Assembly (NCBI GenBank): GCA_947258785.1
Contig: CAMYJT010000011.1
Location: forward strand, 4,114-68,113
From: an uncultured Gammaproteobacteria bacterium
GTDB lineage: Bacteria > Pseudomonadota > Gammaproteobacteria > Arenicellales > JAANXG01
Direction of reading: 5' to 3'
Length of the DNA: 64,000 nucleotides
Shown: in pieces, positions 44,553 through 54,603 of the stretch
Numbering within the stretch: position 1 is the stretch's first letter
Layout of the letters: every line of letters begins with the position of its first letter
Notes under the pieces: model-generated
Seen by the model: only the letters and a program-made list of their open reading frames with translations
What the model was told of the DNA's origin: nothing
Databases searched by the model: none
Position numbers and translations under genes: made by a program

Positions 44553-45185
44553 TCATGATGCGAGAAAGGGATTGGTGCGGCGCTCGGTGCCGAAGGTCGA
44601 TGTCGGACCGTGTCCCGGGATGAAGCGCACATCGTCGCCCAGCGGCCACAGTTGTTCGCGGATGGATCGAACGAGCAGCCGGTGGTCGCCACGGGGGAAG
44701 TCGGTGCGCCCGATCGAGCCTTGAAACAGAACGTCGCCGACTATGGCAAGCCGTGACGGTGGATCGAAAAAGATCACATGACCCGGTGTGTGTCCTGGGC
44801 AGTGTCTCACCTCGAGCTCGATTTCGCCGAAGCGCACCGTGTCGCCTTGATCCAGCCAGCGGTCTGGTTCGAAGGTACGGCCCGCGTCGGCGCCGAATAT
44901 CTGGCCCTGCTCGGGTAAGCTGTCGATCCAAAATTTGTCGTCTCGATGCGGGCCCTCAATGGACACCTTGAGAGACTCGGCCAGATCCGCCACCTGCCCG
45001 GCGTGGTCGACGTGCCCATGGGTCACCAGTATTTTTACGATCGTAACGCCGGCGTCCTCAGCAGCAGCGACGATGCGGTCGAGGTCTCCGCCGGGGTCGA
45101 CGACGGCGGCCTGGCCGGTGTGTTCGCAGCACAACAACGAACTGTTCTGCGCGAACGGTGTGACCGGTGTGACGATGGCCTTCAT
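44553..45185 (-). CDS. MBL-fold metallo-hydrolase (YcbL/GloC-like)
   Basis: PVTPFAQN, THGHVDH, PGHTPGH, GDVLF.GSIGRTD, PGHG, NPF. Confidence 0.92.
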   Translation of the reverse strand: MKAIVTPVTPFAQNSSLLCCEHTGQAAVVDPGGDLDRIVAAAEDAGVTIVKILVTHGHVDHAGQVADLAESLKVSIEGPHRDDKFWIDSLPEQGQIFGADAGRTFEPDRWLDQGDTVRFGEIELEVRHCPGHTPGHVIFFDPPSRLAIVGDVLFQGSIGRTDFPRGDHRLLVRSIREQLWPLGDDVRFIPGHGPTSTFGTERRTNPFLAS

Positions 45186-45507
45186 TCGGGGTGAGGTCGT
45201 CAGTGTTTCAAGGGGCAGTACGTCAAAGGGTGTCGTTCGCTGAGCGTGGCGATCGAAGTATATCACCCAGGGGTTGACCGGATGGCCAGGCGGCGATCGT
45301 CCGGCCCGGAATCGTGCTGCAAATGCGCGGTGGATCGAGCCGCTCGTGTGTTAAACCGCTGTCAAGCGATCCGCAGGTTGGTCGGCGTTGGCAGCGCTGT
45401 CGCGATCGGACAACACGACGGATTGACTGCGCCGGCACCCGCCGCCGGGTGGGCGCGAGCGGCGGCCTGCAGTCGCCGATTCATGGACCGTCGGAGTTGA
45501 GCGGGGC

Positions 45508-46302
45508 ATGATCTGGGTGATTTACGCAGCCGCCGCGGCCATCGGCGGGTTGCTGGTCGGCCTGATCGGGACCGGCAATGCAATGGTGATCATGCCGACC
45601 CTGGCGGTGGTGTTCCCGCAGGTGCTGCCGGGTGAACACGCGTTGCGCCTGGCGACCGGCACGACCATGGCGACCATGGCCGTTGGCGCTATCGCTGTGT
45701 CGCTGGCGCAGCACCGCGCCGGACGCATCGACAGAGCGCTGCTTGAGCTCGCCGTGGCACCGTACCTCGTCGGCGCGCTTGCCGGCCCGTGGCTCGGTCG
45801 CTATCTGCCGACTGACGTCCTGAGAGTCTATCTGGCCGTTGTCATTGTTGTCGTCGCGGGGTTTTTGCTCGCCTCGCGCGCGCCGCACCACCGATCGCAC
45901 CGCGCGATCAGCGATGCTCGGATCGAGATCAGCCTGGTACTGCTGGCCATCGCGGTCTGCAGCAGTGTGGCGGGCATTGCGTCGGGCATCTTTCTGATTC
46001 CGTATCTCACGCGCTTTGCGTTGCCGATGAAGACCATCGTGGGGACATCGACCGCGGCCGCGGCCCTGTACTCCGTGTTTGGGACCTTGGGACATGTTTC
46101 CGCGGGGTGGTCGGTGCCCGGACTGCCGGCAAACACCTTGGGATACGTTTATCTGCCCGCCTTCGCCATCATGGGATTAATCGTAGTATTGACCGGTCCA
46201 CTCGGTGTGCGCCTCGCCCACCGCGTGGCCGACGAACGCCTGAAACGTGGCTTTGCCGTGTTCCTGCTGGCCGCTGCCTGCGCCATCTTGTTTTTGTCGT
46301 GA
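45508..46302 (+). CDS. TauE/SafE-family (sulfite exporter-like) membrane protein
   Basis: About 8 TM with internal repeat (GLIGTG..MP / GIASGIFLIP), VGTS, LGYVYLPA. Confidence 0.85.
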   Translation: MIWVIYAAAAAIGGLLVGLIGTGNAMVIMPTLAVVFPQVLPGEHALRLATGTTMATMAVGAIAVSLAQHRAGRIDRALLELAVAPYLVGALAGPWLGRYLPTDVLRVYLAVVIVVVAGFLLASRAPHHRSHRAISDARIEISLVLLAIAVCSSVAGIASGIFLIPYLTRFALPMKTIVGTSTAAAALYSVFGTLGHVSAGWSVPGLPANTLGYVYLPAFAIMGLIVVLTGPLGVRLAHRVADERLKRGFAVFLLAAACAILFLS

Positions 46303-46355
46303 ACGACCCGGTGAAACGACCCGGCCAGCGGTTCGAATACGGCGTTGCCCGCCGC

Positions 46356-46988
46356 TCAGTCCCTCCTCGCCGAGGCCATCGGCAGCCGGCTGATCCGTTG
46401 CATTTCCGGGTCGTTCAGCAGTTCCGGATCACGCAGGCACTCGAGAAAAAAATCCAGGGCGTCGGCGCCCCAGAACAGCTGGCCGCCGGTCACGAAGGTC
46501 GGAACCCCGAACACGCCGAGACTGGCGGCCTGTTCACCGTTATCGCGTAATCGTTGTTTGACAGCCGTCGACTGCAATAGGGTCTCCACATCCGCAACGT
46601 GCAACCCGTTTAGAAGTTGTTGCCAGGGCTCCCGATCGTCGGGCAGGTGCCCGTCGCGCCAAACGAACCGGAATAGCCTTCGAATGACATCGATGTCGTC
46701 GCCCAGCGCAGTGGCCAAACGCAGCAGTGGCAGGGGATTGAACGGATGCGCCGCGGGAAATCGCAATGGGATGCCCTGCCTGGCGCACAACCACTGCAGG
46801 TGACGGTAAATGAACACCCGCTTGGGGGGAATCTCCGCCGGACCTTTGTGGCCCCAGTGACGCAGCAGTCCGGCCAGCAGCACCGGGCGGCAGTGGACGG
46901 TCAGGTCATGCGGCAAGCGGTGCCATTGTTCGCACACCATGTACGAGTAGGGCGAGATGAAGTCGAAATACCATTCTGCCTGGCTCAT
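46356..46988 (-). CDS. DsbA-like 2-hydroxychromene-2-carboxylate isomerase / kappa-GST family
   Basis: YFDFISPYSY, GPAEIPPK, GVFGVPTF, LFWGAD. Confidence 0.88.
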   Translation of the reverse strand: MSQAEWYFDFISPYSYMVCEQWHRLPHDLTVHCRPVLLAGLLRHWGHKGPAEIPPKRVFIYRHLQWLCARQGIPLRFPAAHPFNPLPLLRLATALGDDIDVIRRLFRFVWRDGHLPDDREPWQQLLNGLHVADVETLLQSTAVKQRLRDNGEQAASLGVFGVPTFVTGGQLFWGADALDFFLECLRDPELLNDPEMQRISRLPMASARRD

Positions 46989-47067
46989 GCGTGTCACTGT
47001 TCACGGGGTGGGAGACAAAAGGTTTATACTGCGCGGCTTACAGCACGTCGTCAAACCTCGAACAACC

Positions 47068-47508
47068 ATGTCGCGCGTCACCATCGAAGAATTCGAACGC
47101 ATCGCCTACGAGCGGGTGCCGTTCGTCGCGCAGCTGGGCGTGATCGTAGAGGAGATCGAGGCCGGCGCCGCCCGTTTGCGGGTCCCATTCCGGGATGATT
47201 TTCTGCGTCCAGGCGGCACCATTTCCGGTCCGGTCATGATGGGGCTTGCGGATCTCGCCATGTACGCGGCGGTGATGAGCAGGATCGGTCCGGAGGAACT
47301 CACAGTGACGACCGATCTGAACATCAATTTTCTGCGCCGGCCGTTGCCGGGGGATTTGCTTGCCGAGGCAAAAGTGTTAAAGCTGGGCAAGCGGCTCGCG
47401 GTGGGTGAGGTGGGCTTGTTCCGTGACGGTGATGACGACATGGTCGCCCATGTCACCGCGACGTACTCGATTCCGCCGCAAGCCGACGCTGACATGGCGC
47501 AAGCGTAG
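47068..47508 (+). CDS. PaaI-family hot-dog thioesterase
   Basis: RPGGTISGP, LAD, TTDLNINFLR, KLGKRLAV. Confidence 0.9.
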   Translation: MSRVTIEEFERIAYERVPFVAQLGVIVEEIEAGAARLRVPFRDDFLRPGGTISGPVMMGLADLAMYAAVMSRIGPEELTVTTDLNINFLRRPLPGDLLAEAKVLKLGKRLAVGEVGLFRDGDDDMVAHVTATYSIPPQADADMAQA

Positions 47509-47575
47509 CTGCGGATGTCTGGCGTGAACAGGAGTGACTCATCAGATACCCATAGCGCACAGCGAGGTTGACACT

Positions 47576-48265
47576 ATGACGCAGGATCGATTTTCCAACG
47601 TCAAGGCGTGTGTGTTCGACGCCTACGGGACGCTGTTCGACGTGCATTCGGCGGTTGGGCGACACAAACCCCGCTTGGGCAAAGACGCCGACGCAGTTTC
47701 TGCACTGTGGCGGACCAAGCAGTTGGAGTACACGTGGTTGCGCAGCCTAATGTCGCGCCACGTGGATTTTTGGCAAGTCACCGGCGATGCCTTGGACTAT
47801 GCGCTGGACGCGTATGATGTGCATGATCCGGCGCTGCGCGACGAGCTGATGCAGGCCTATCTGTCGCTGGCGCCGTATCCGGAGGTACGGTCGGTGCTGC
47901 AGCGCCTGAAACAGCACGGCATGCGTACCGCGATACTCTCGAACGGCTCCCCCAATATGTTGGAGGCTGCAGTCGCCGGCGCCGGCATCGCGAAACTGCT
48001 CGACGCCGTGCTGTCCGTCGAGGACGTCGGGATTTTCAAACCCGATCCTCGGGTCTATCAGCTCGCCGTCGACAGGCTTGGGGTGGCCGCCGGGGAAATC
48101 AGTTTTCAGTCGTCGAACGCCTGGGACGCGGTGGCTGCGGCCACCTTCGGCATGCGGGTGGCGTGGTGTAACCGTTTCGGCCAGCGGCGCGAGCGGCTCA
48201 CGGCCCAGCCGGACGCCGAACTGAAGACGCTGGATGAGCTGCCGCCGCTGCTGGGATTCGAATAG
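47576..48265 (+). CDS. Haloacid dehalogenase type II
   Basis: FDAYGTLFD, WRTKQLEYTW, LSNG, FKP, SSNAWD. Confidence 0.92.
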   Translation: MTQDRFSNVKACVFDAYGTLFDVHSAVGRHKPRLGKDADAVSALWRTKQLEYTWLRSLMSRHVDFWQVTGDALDYALDAYDVHDPALRDELMQAYLSLAPYPEVRSVLQRLKQHGMRTAILSNGSPNMLEAAVAGAGIAKLLDAVLSVEDVGIFKPDPRVYQLAVDRLGVAAGEISFQSSNAWDAVAAATFGMRVAWCNRFGQRRERLTAQPDAELKTLDELPPLLGFE

Positions 48266-48321
48266 ACTACGTACATGCCAGGCATGAGAATCCAACGGGC
48301 GCGGGCATTGCGGTAAGGCTT

Positions 48322-49131
48322 ATGAGTCTTATGCAGATCGGCGCCGGGGATGCCGTCTACTACGAGCATCACCCGCCGGAGCAGGACGACGGCCACAGCT
48401 TTGTGTTTTTCAACGCGCTAACCGGTGACGTGGGCATGTGGAACGCCGAGGTCGTTCCGGCGCTGCGCAGCCACGGGCACGGAACGCTGACCTACAACCT
48501 GCGTGGGCAGGCCCGCAGCCCGTTCAGCGAGCCCGATCGCCTGGACGCGGCTCACATCGTCGACGACGCGACGCAGTTGTTGCGAGAGATAAACCCGCTC
48601 CGGCCGGTGTTGGTGGGGTTATCCATCGGCGGATTGTATGCGGCACGGGCGATTATCGGAGGTGCGCAGGCCGATGCGCTGGTGCTCATCAACACCCTGC
48701 GCCGCGACGGCCCGCGGCTGCGCTGGATCAACGATGCCCTGGTCCGTTGTTCGGAGGTCGGCGGCCTGGAGCTGTTCCGGGATCTGTTTTGTCCGCTGTT
48801 GTTCAATGAGCGTTGGCAGGCCGAACACCGGTCCGGCTTCCTGGGCCCGGATGCGTACACCGCCATCGACCGGGACAGCGGCATCTACCACCTGCTCCGC
48901 CATGCCGTGAACACGGACTGGGACATCCCCTACGAGCGGCTCACGCTGCCGGTGCTGGTGCTCACCGGCCGGCAGGACCGGGTCTTCTACAACCCCGATG
49001 ATGTCGAACAGCTGCTGGCCCGGCTGCCCGACGTGCGGCATCTGGAGGACGCCGACTCCGGGCACATGCTGCCGGCCGAACATCCCGCATGGCTCCTTGA
49101 CGCCGTTTTGAAGTTCACGGAACAACTGTGA
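48322..49131 (+). CDS. Alpha/beta fold hydrolase
   Basis: YNLRGQ, GLSIGG nucleophile elbow, QDRV, SGHMLP. Confidence 0.85.
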   Translation: MSLMQIGAGDAVYYEHHPPEQDDGHSFVFFNALTGDVGMWNAEVVPALRSHGHGTLTYNLRGQARSPFSEPDRLDAAHIVDDATQLLREINPLRPVLVGLSIGGLYAARAIIGGAQADALVLINTLRRDGPRLRWINDALVRCSEVGGLELFRDLFCPLLFNERWQAEHRSGFLGPDAYTAIDRDSGIYHLLRHAVNTDWDIPYERLTLPVLVLTGRQDRVFYNPDDVEQLLARLPDVRHLEDADSGHMLPAEHPAWLLDAVLKFTEQL

Positions 49132-50072
49132 TGTCGTTGTGGCGGCGTCATGGCTGGCTGGCCTACCTGGCGGTATTGGTGGGGGTCTTCGGACACGCAT
49201 CGAGCGAGTTCGTTGCCGTGCTTTCCCGGGTGGCGGGGCCGGAACTTTCCGTGTGGCGATTCCTGCTGGGTGGCGTCGGTCTGGTCATGGTGGCGCTGGT
49301 CTTTCCCAACAGCCGTGACCTGTTGACCCCGCTCAAGCGGCTGGGGTGGCGGTTGGTGTGGCTGGCGGTACTCGGTGTCACCATCGGCTACCTGCTGTTC
49401 CACTGGGCGCTGGATTTCGCCACCGTGCCGCAAGTGGCGACCACCGTCACCTGCATTCCGATCTTTGTGGCCCTGGCCAATCTGTGGCTGAATCGGCAGC
49501 CGATTTCCGGCGGGCGCTGGTTGACGGGGATCGCCGCGGTCATCGGCGTCGCGGTGCTCATTACAGACGGCTATCTGGCCAGGCTCGCCGGTGACACCGC
49601 CAACCTGTTCGGAGTGATGCTGGCGGTCGGTTGTGCGGCCACCGTCGCCCTGTTCACCGTCCTGGTGCGTCCGATCATCGCGGAATACGGCGCGCTGCGG
49701 ATCACCGCCCTCACGCTGGTGCTCGGCGCGGCCGGGCTGTGGCTGCTGGTGGGGATGAGTCGGGGCGTGTGGGTAAACCCGGCGACGCTGTTCCAGCGCC
49801 CCGGCCCGGAAGTCGCCGCGTTGCTCACCATCGCCGTGTGGAATACCACCGTCACCCAGTTCTTGTGGATCGGCGGACTCGCCGCGGTCCCCGACATCAC
49901 CCGCGGCAGTTATCTGTTCTTCTTAAAGCCGGTGATCGCGATGGCGCTCACCCTGTTGTTCCTCGGCCAGCGCGTCACCCTGATGCAGTGGCTGGCCATG
50001 CTGCTCATCTGTGGCGCGGTGTTGGTCGAAATGAACTGGCACCGCCTGGCGCCGGCGTCACGAGACGCCTAA
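49128..50072 (+). CDS. DMT/EamA-family transporter
   Basis: About 10 TM in two EamA-like repeats; overlaps the upstream stop. Confidence 0.85.
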   Translation: MMSLWRRHGWLAYLAVLVGVFGHASSEFVAVLSRVAGPELSVWRFLLGGVGLVMVALVFPNSRDLLTPLKRLGWRLVWLAVLGVTIGYLLFHWALDFATVPQVATTVTCIPIFVALANLWLNRQPISGGRWLTGIAAVIGVAVLITDGYLARLAGDTANLFGVMLAVGCAATVALFTVLVRPIIAEYGALRITALTLVLGAAGLWLLVGMSRGVWVNPATLFQRPGPEVAALLTIAVWNTTVTQFLWIGGLAAVPDITRGSYLFFLKPVIAMALTLLFLGQRVTLMQWLAMLLICGAVLVEMNWHRLAPASRDA

Positions 50073-50184
50073 CCGCCGGCCATCGGCGGTCCCGGATGGC
50101 AGCGCCCGGACGCGGCGCTTCGAGACGTCCCATCCGTGACCGGCATCAAGGCGTATCGAGTCGGTTCCAGGCCATGATTACCCC

Positions 50185-50964
50185 ATGGAGCGCTTGGATG
50201 AGCCAATCCGCGACCGGCATCGGCGCTGGCCGGCGGTATTCGACGCCCTGCAGAGTGTGTCGGGATTGGTGCTCGCCGTATTCGTGTTGTTTCACCTGTT
50301 GTTCGACGCCTCGATACTGATCGGCAAGGATGCCATGTACGCGGTGAGCCGCTTCTTCGAGGGCGAGTACGTCTTTGGACGGCCGGTTCCGCCCTTGGTG
50401 TCGCTACTGGCCGGGCTGGTGTTTGCCGTGTTTGTCGTGCACGCGCTGCTGGCCCTGCGCAAGTTTCCCGCCAACGCTCGGCAGTACCGGACCTTCTTGG
50501 ATCACAAGGCGGCGATGCGGCACGAGGACACATCGCTGTGGTTGGTGCAGGTGTTGACGGGATTCGCCCTGTTCTTTCTGGGCTCGGTCCACTTGTATGG
50601 AGTGTTGACGCAGCCGGGTGACATCGGACCGTTCGCGTCCGCGGATCGCGTCTGGTCCGGCCGGATGTGGCCCCTTTACCTGCTGCTGCTGCCGGCCGTG
50701 GTCGTGCACGCCGGTATCGGGGTGTACCGGGTGGCGCTCAAGTGGGTCCCGCATTTGGTGAGCGCAAACCGGGATTCGCGAACGGCGTTGCGGCGCGCCC
50801 GGCGGTGGCTGATCGTGTGTTATCTGTTGTTGGGATACCTGGCCCTGGCGGCCTACATGCGCATCGGTATCGAGCACGCAGACCAGGCCGGCGAGCGTTA
50901 CGCACCGGCTGCAGCGGTGTCGCCGGTCTCCGGCATCGATGGCCCTCCGCGGCGCATCCCGTGA
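50185..50964 (+). CDS. frdC: Diheme cytochrome b subunit of Wolinella-type fumarate reductase/succinate:quinone oxidoreductase
   Basis: 5 TM; DALQSVSGL, four heme His ([22 protein letters not shown]), MWPLY, YRVALKW. Confidence 0.88.
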   Translation: MERLDEPIRDRHRRWPAVFDALQSVSGLVLAVFVLFHLLFDASILIGKDAMYAVSRFFEGEYVFGRPVPPLVSLLAGLVFAVFVVHALLALRKFPANARQYRTFLDHKAAMRHEDTSLWLVQVLTGFALFFLGSVHLYGVLTQPGDIGPFASADRVWSGRMWPLYLLLLPAVVVHAGIGVYRVALKWVPHLVSANRDSRTALRRARRWLIVCYLLLGYLALAAYMRIGIEHADQAGERYAPAAAVSPVSGIDGPPRRIP

Positions 50965-52946
50965 AGGTCGTCTACACGGACGTGCTCGTGGTCGGTGGCG
51001 GGTTGGCCGGGCTACGCACCGCCATCGGTGTCAGCAATCGCGGGCTCGATGTCATCGTGTTGAGCCTGGTCCCGGCCAAACGCTCTCATTCCGCCGCCGC
51101 CCAGGGCGGCATGCAGGCCAGTCTCGCCAATTCGATAAAGGGTGCGGGCGACAACGAAGACATGCACTTCACGGACACCGTCCGCGGCAGTGACTGGGGT
51201 GCGGATCAGACGGTGGTGCGCATGTTCGTGAACACGGCGCCCAAGGCGGTGCGGGAATTGGCGGCGTGGGGAGTGCCCTGGAACCGCGTCCAACGCGGGT
51301 CCCGCGAGGTGGTGATCAACGGCCGGAAGGTCACCGTGACCGAACGCGATGCGGCGCACGGCCTGATCACCGCCCGGGATTTCGGGGGCACCCATAAATG
51401 GCGCACCTGCTTTGTCTCCGACACCACCGGACACGCCATGTTGTATGCGATGAGCGATCAGTCGATAGCGCGTTCGATTCCCGTGCACGAACGGATCGAG
51501 GCGATGGCGTTGATCCACGACGGGGGGCGTTGCCTGGGGGTGGTGGCGCGCAATCTGGTGACCGGCCGCTTGATTGCCTACGTCGCCCGCGCCACGGCCA
51601 TCGCCTCCGGTGGTTTCGGTCGGATCTACCGGGTGTCCACCAACGCGGTCATTAACGAAGGGCTCGGCGCTGCGATTGCGTTGGAAACGGGGATCGCCGC
51701 GCTGGGTAACATGGAGGCCGTCCAGTTTCACCCTACGGGCATCTTTCCGGCCGGCATCCTGGTGACCGAGGGCTGCCGCGGTGACGGCGGTCTATTGCGC
51801 GATGCGCACGGACATCGTTTCATGCCGGACTACGAGCCGGAGAAGCAGGAACTGGCGTCCCGCGACGTGGTATCTCGCCGCATGGAGGAGCACATCCGGC
51901 GCGGCCAGGGGGTCAAGAGCCGTTACGGTGATCACCTGTGGCTGGACATCACGATACTGGGTCGCGCCCACATCGAGAAGAATCTGCGCGAGGTGCAGGA
52001 CATCTGCCGCAACTTCTTGGACATCGACCCTGCCGAGGAAATGATTCCGGTGCGGCCGGCGCAGCACTACAGCATGGGCGGGATCCGCACCGATTACACC
52101 GGTCAGAGCCGGACGCTCAAGGGTCTGTTCGCCTGCGGCGAGGCCGCGTGCTGGGATTTGCACGGCTTCAACCGCCTCGGCGGCAATTCGGTGGCCGAGA
52201 CCGTCGTATCCGGAATGCTGGTCGGTGAATACATCGGTGATTTCTGTGCGTCTGCCGACGGTGACGTCAACATCTCCAGCGGCCTGGTGCGCGAGTTCTG
52301 GCAGCGCGAAGAGCGGCGCATTGCCGGCCTGCTCAAGGGGAACGGGACGGAAAACCCCTTCGATCTGTTGCGGTCCATGCAGGATCTGATGACCGAAAAG
52401 GTGGGGATCTTCCGCAACGGCGCCACGCTCGAGTCTGCGGTCGACGAGCTGCAACAACTCTACCGGCGCAGCGGCAATCTGCGCGTGCGGGCGCGTGCCT
52501 GGGGCGCAAATCCCGAGCTGACGGCGGCGTACCGGGTGCGCCGCATGCTCAAACTGGCGCTGTGCGTCGCCTGTGGCGCACTGGCCAGGACCGAGAGCCG
52601 CGGCGCGCATTTCCGCGAGGACTGCCTGCAGCGCAACGACCGTGACTGGTTGCGGCGCACCCTCGCCACCTGGGCCGGCGACGACCACGACCGGCCAACC
52701 CTGAACTACGAGGAGCTGGACGTCACGGGCATGGAGTTGCCGCCGGGCTGGCGTGGTTACGGCGCCAAGGACTACATCGAGCATCCGGGTGCCGCGCAAC
52801 GGCTCGAGCAGATCGAACGTATTGTGGCGGCCAGGCCGGCGGCGGACCGCCGCGATTTACAGGCGGCGGTCATGCCCTACGAGCACCTGGTGCCGGCCCG
52901 GTACCGGGGCGGGAACGAACGGCTGGCAGAGGCTGCGGCGCAATGA
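50961..52946 (+). CDS. frdA: Fumarate reductase flavoprotein subunit (Wolinella-type)
   Basis: GTG start; GGGLAG, covalent-FAD [49 protein letters not shown]. Confidence 0.93.
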   Translation: MKVVYTDVLVVGGGLAGLRTAIGVSNRGLDVIVLSLVPAKRSHSAAAQGGMQASLANSIKGAGDNEDMHFTDTVRGSDWGADQTVVRMFVNTAPKAVRELAAWGVPWNRVQRGSREVVINGRKVTVTERDAAHGLITARDFGGTHKWRTCFVSDTTGHAMLYAMSDQSIARSIPVHERIEAMALIHDGGRCLGVVARNLVTGRLIAYVARATAIASGGFGRIYRVSTNAVINEGLGAAIALETGIAALGNMEAVQFHPTGIFPAGILVTEGCRGDGGLLRDAHGHRFMPDYEPEKQELASRDVVSRRMEEHIRRGQGVKSRYGDHLWLDITILGRAHIEKNLREVQDICRNFLDIDPAEEMIPVRPAQHYSMGGIRTDYTGQSRTLKGLFACGEAACWDLHGFNRLGGNSVAETVVSGMLVGEYIGDFCASADGDVNISSGLVREFWQREERRIAGLLKGNGTENPFDLLRSMQDLMTEKVGIFRNGATLESAVDELQQLYRRSGNLRVRARAWGANPELTAAYRVRRMLKLALCVACGALARTESRGAHFREDCLQRNDRDWLRRTLATWAGDDHDRPTLNYEELDVTGMELPPGWRGYGAKDYIEHPGAAQRLEQIERIVAARPAADRRDLQAAVMPYEHLVPARYRGGNERLAEAAAQ

Positions 52947-53692
52947 CCGGGGTGACCGAAACCGGCCGGATGCTGCGCATCCAGGTACTCCGCTTCAATC
53001 CGCAGAGCCGCCGCAGCCGTCCGCACGTGCAGAGCTTCACGCTGCAGGAGACGGAGGGCATGACCTTGTTCATCGCGCTCAACGAGATCCGCGAGACCCA
53101 GGACCCGTCACTGCAATTCGATTTCGTGTGCCGCGCCGGCATCTGTGGCAGCTGCGGGATGTTGATCAACGGCCGGCCCGGTCTAGCCTGTCGCACGCTG
53201 ACCATTAATCTCGATGCCGACATCGTGTTGGCGCCGCTGCCGGTGTTCGAGCTGATCGCCGATTTGTCCGTGAACACGGGAAAGTGGATGCGGGCGATGA
53301 GTGAGCGCTTGGAAACCTGGGTGCACCGCGGCACAGAGGCCGATCTCAGCCGCCTGGAGGAGCGCATGGAACCCGAACTGGCGGAGCAACTCTACGAGCT
53401 GGACCGGTGCATAGAATGCGGTTGCTGCGTCGGCGCTTGCGGCACCGCGCGCATGCGCGACGACTTCATCGGCGCGGTGGGCTTGAACAAGATCGCCCGT
53501 TTCCGCCTCGATCCCCGGGACGATCGGGACGACGCCGCGTACTACCAGGTGGTCGGGGATGACGACGGCGTATTCGGCTGCATGACCCTGCTGGCTTGCC
53601 AGGACGTGTGCCCGAAGCGGCTCCCGCTGCAGACGCAGATCGCCTACCTGCGCCGCCGCATGCTGGTCCGCGGCGCCCGCCGATCCAGTTAG
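52943..53692 (+). CDS. frdB: Fumarate reductase iron-sulfur subunit
   Basis: [32 protein letters not shown]. Confidence 0.93.
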   Translation: MTGVTETGRMLRIQVLRFNPQSRRSRPHVQSFTLQETEGMTLFIALNEIRETQDPSLQFDFVCRAGICGSCGMLINGRPGLACRTLTINLDADIVLAPLPVFELIADLSVNTGKWMRAMSERLETWVHRGTEADLSRLEERMEPELAEQLYELDRCIECGCCVGACGTARMRDDFIGAVGLNKIARFRLDPRDDRDDAAYYQVVGDDDGVFGCMTLLACQDVCPKRLPLQTQIAYLRRRMLVRGARRSS

Positions 53693-53767
53693 AACGCGCC
53701 TCAGAAGCACAAACTGTACGAATCAACTAAGACCGAATCATTGAACACAATCAAGTTGATACACGAT

Positions 53768-53790
53768 TATTGCGCCGCCTTGGTGCAATA
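53768..53790. terminator. Hairpin between convergent genes (possible bidirectional terminator)
   Basis: TATTGCGCC-gcctt-GGTGCAATA; no clear U-tract. Confidence 0.35.
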
Positions 53791-53807
53791 TGCAGGCTAA
53801 GCCGGAT

Positions 53808-54570
53808 CTAAAACGTCCGCTTGTCGCCGGGCTGCATCACGATGACCTGAGTGGGAAAATCGCCCAGCGCGGCCTTGAACTGTTCGGGGGTCCCCTTGAG
53901 CGGCGGGAAGGTGCCGTAGTGAATCGGAATCACGGTTTTGGTCTTGAGCAGATTCTTCACCGCGTAGGCGGCGTGCGCCGGGTCCATGGTGAAATGCCCG
54001 CCGATGGACAGCAGCGCCAGATCGGGCCGGTAGTACTCGGCGATGAACCGCATGTCCGCAAACACGCCGGTGTCCCCGGCATGATAGACCTTGAAACCGT
54101 TTTCCAGTTCGACGATGTAACCGGCCGGCTCACCGCCGGGATGATTGACCTTGGTCCCGGAGCTGTCGGCGTACACGAATTCAGAGCTGTGTTCCGCCCG
54201 CACCATGGTAACGGTGATCCCGTCGCCGAGCGGTTTGATGGGGCCGCACTTGTTGAATCGCATCAACTGCTTATACGGAACGACGCCGAGGGTACCGAGG
54301 GTGTGCCCGAAGTCCGCATTGACGGCCACCTTGGCGCCGGTGGATTTGGCGAGTGCGGCGGTGTCCCCGACGTGATCGCCGTGGCCGTGGGTGACCAGAA
54401 TGAGGTCGACCTTACCGATTTTTACGAGGTCCTTGAGCTCCTTCGGTGTCTTCGGGTTTTTGGTGATGAACGGATCGATCAGGATCACCTTGCCGCCCGG
54501 TGTCGCGATCTTTACCGCTGCCTGTCCGAACCACTGTAACTCAAACCCGTGCGCGGCACCCGCCGGCGGG
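53808..54570 (-). CDS. Metal-dependent hydrolase (UPF0173/MBL fold); 5' end lacks an in-frame start, possible pseudogene
   Basis: THGHGDH, AEHSS, YHAGDT, IGGHFTM, PIHYGTFP. The frame continues upstream of GTG 54488 as AAHGFELQWFGQAAVKIATPGGK. Confidence 0.8.
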
Positions 54571-54603
54571 CAGAGAGTTGCACGGCGCCGAACCGAAAAC
54601 CGG

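Noticed and set aside
50667-50960. N-terminal extension of FrdA in the 759-aa ORF
   Set aside because: Overlaps frdC in another frame; FrdA homology begins at GTG 50961.
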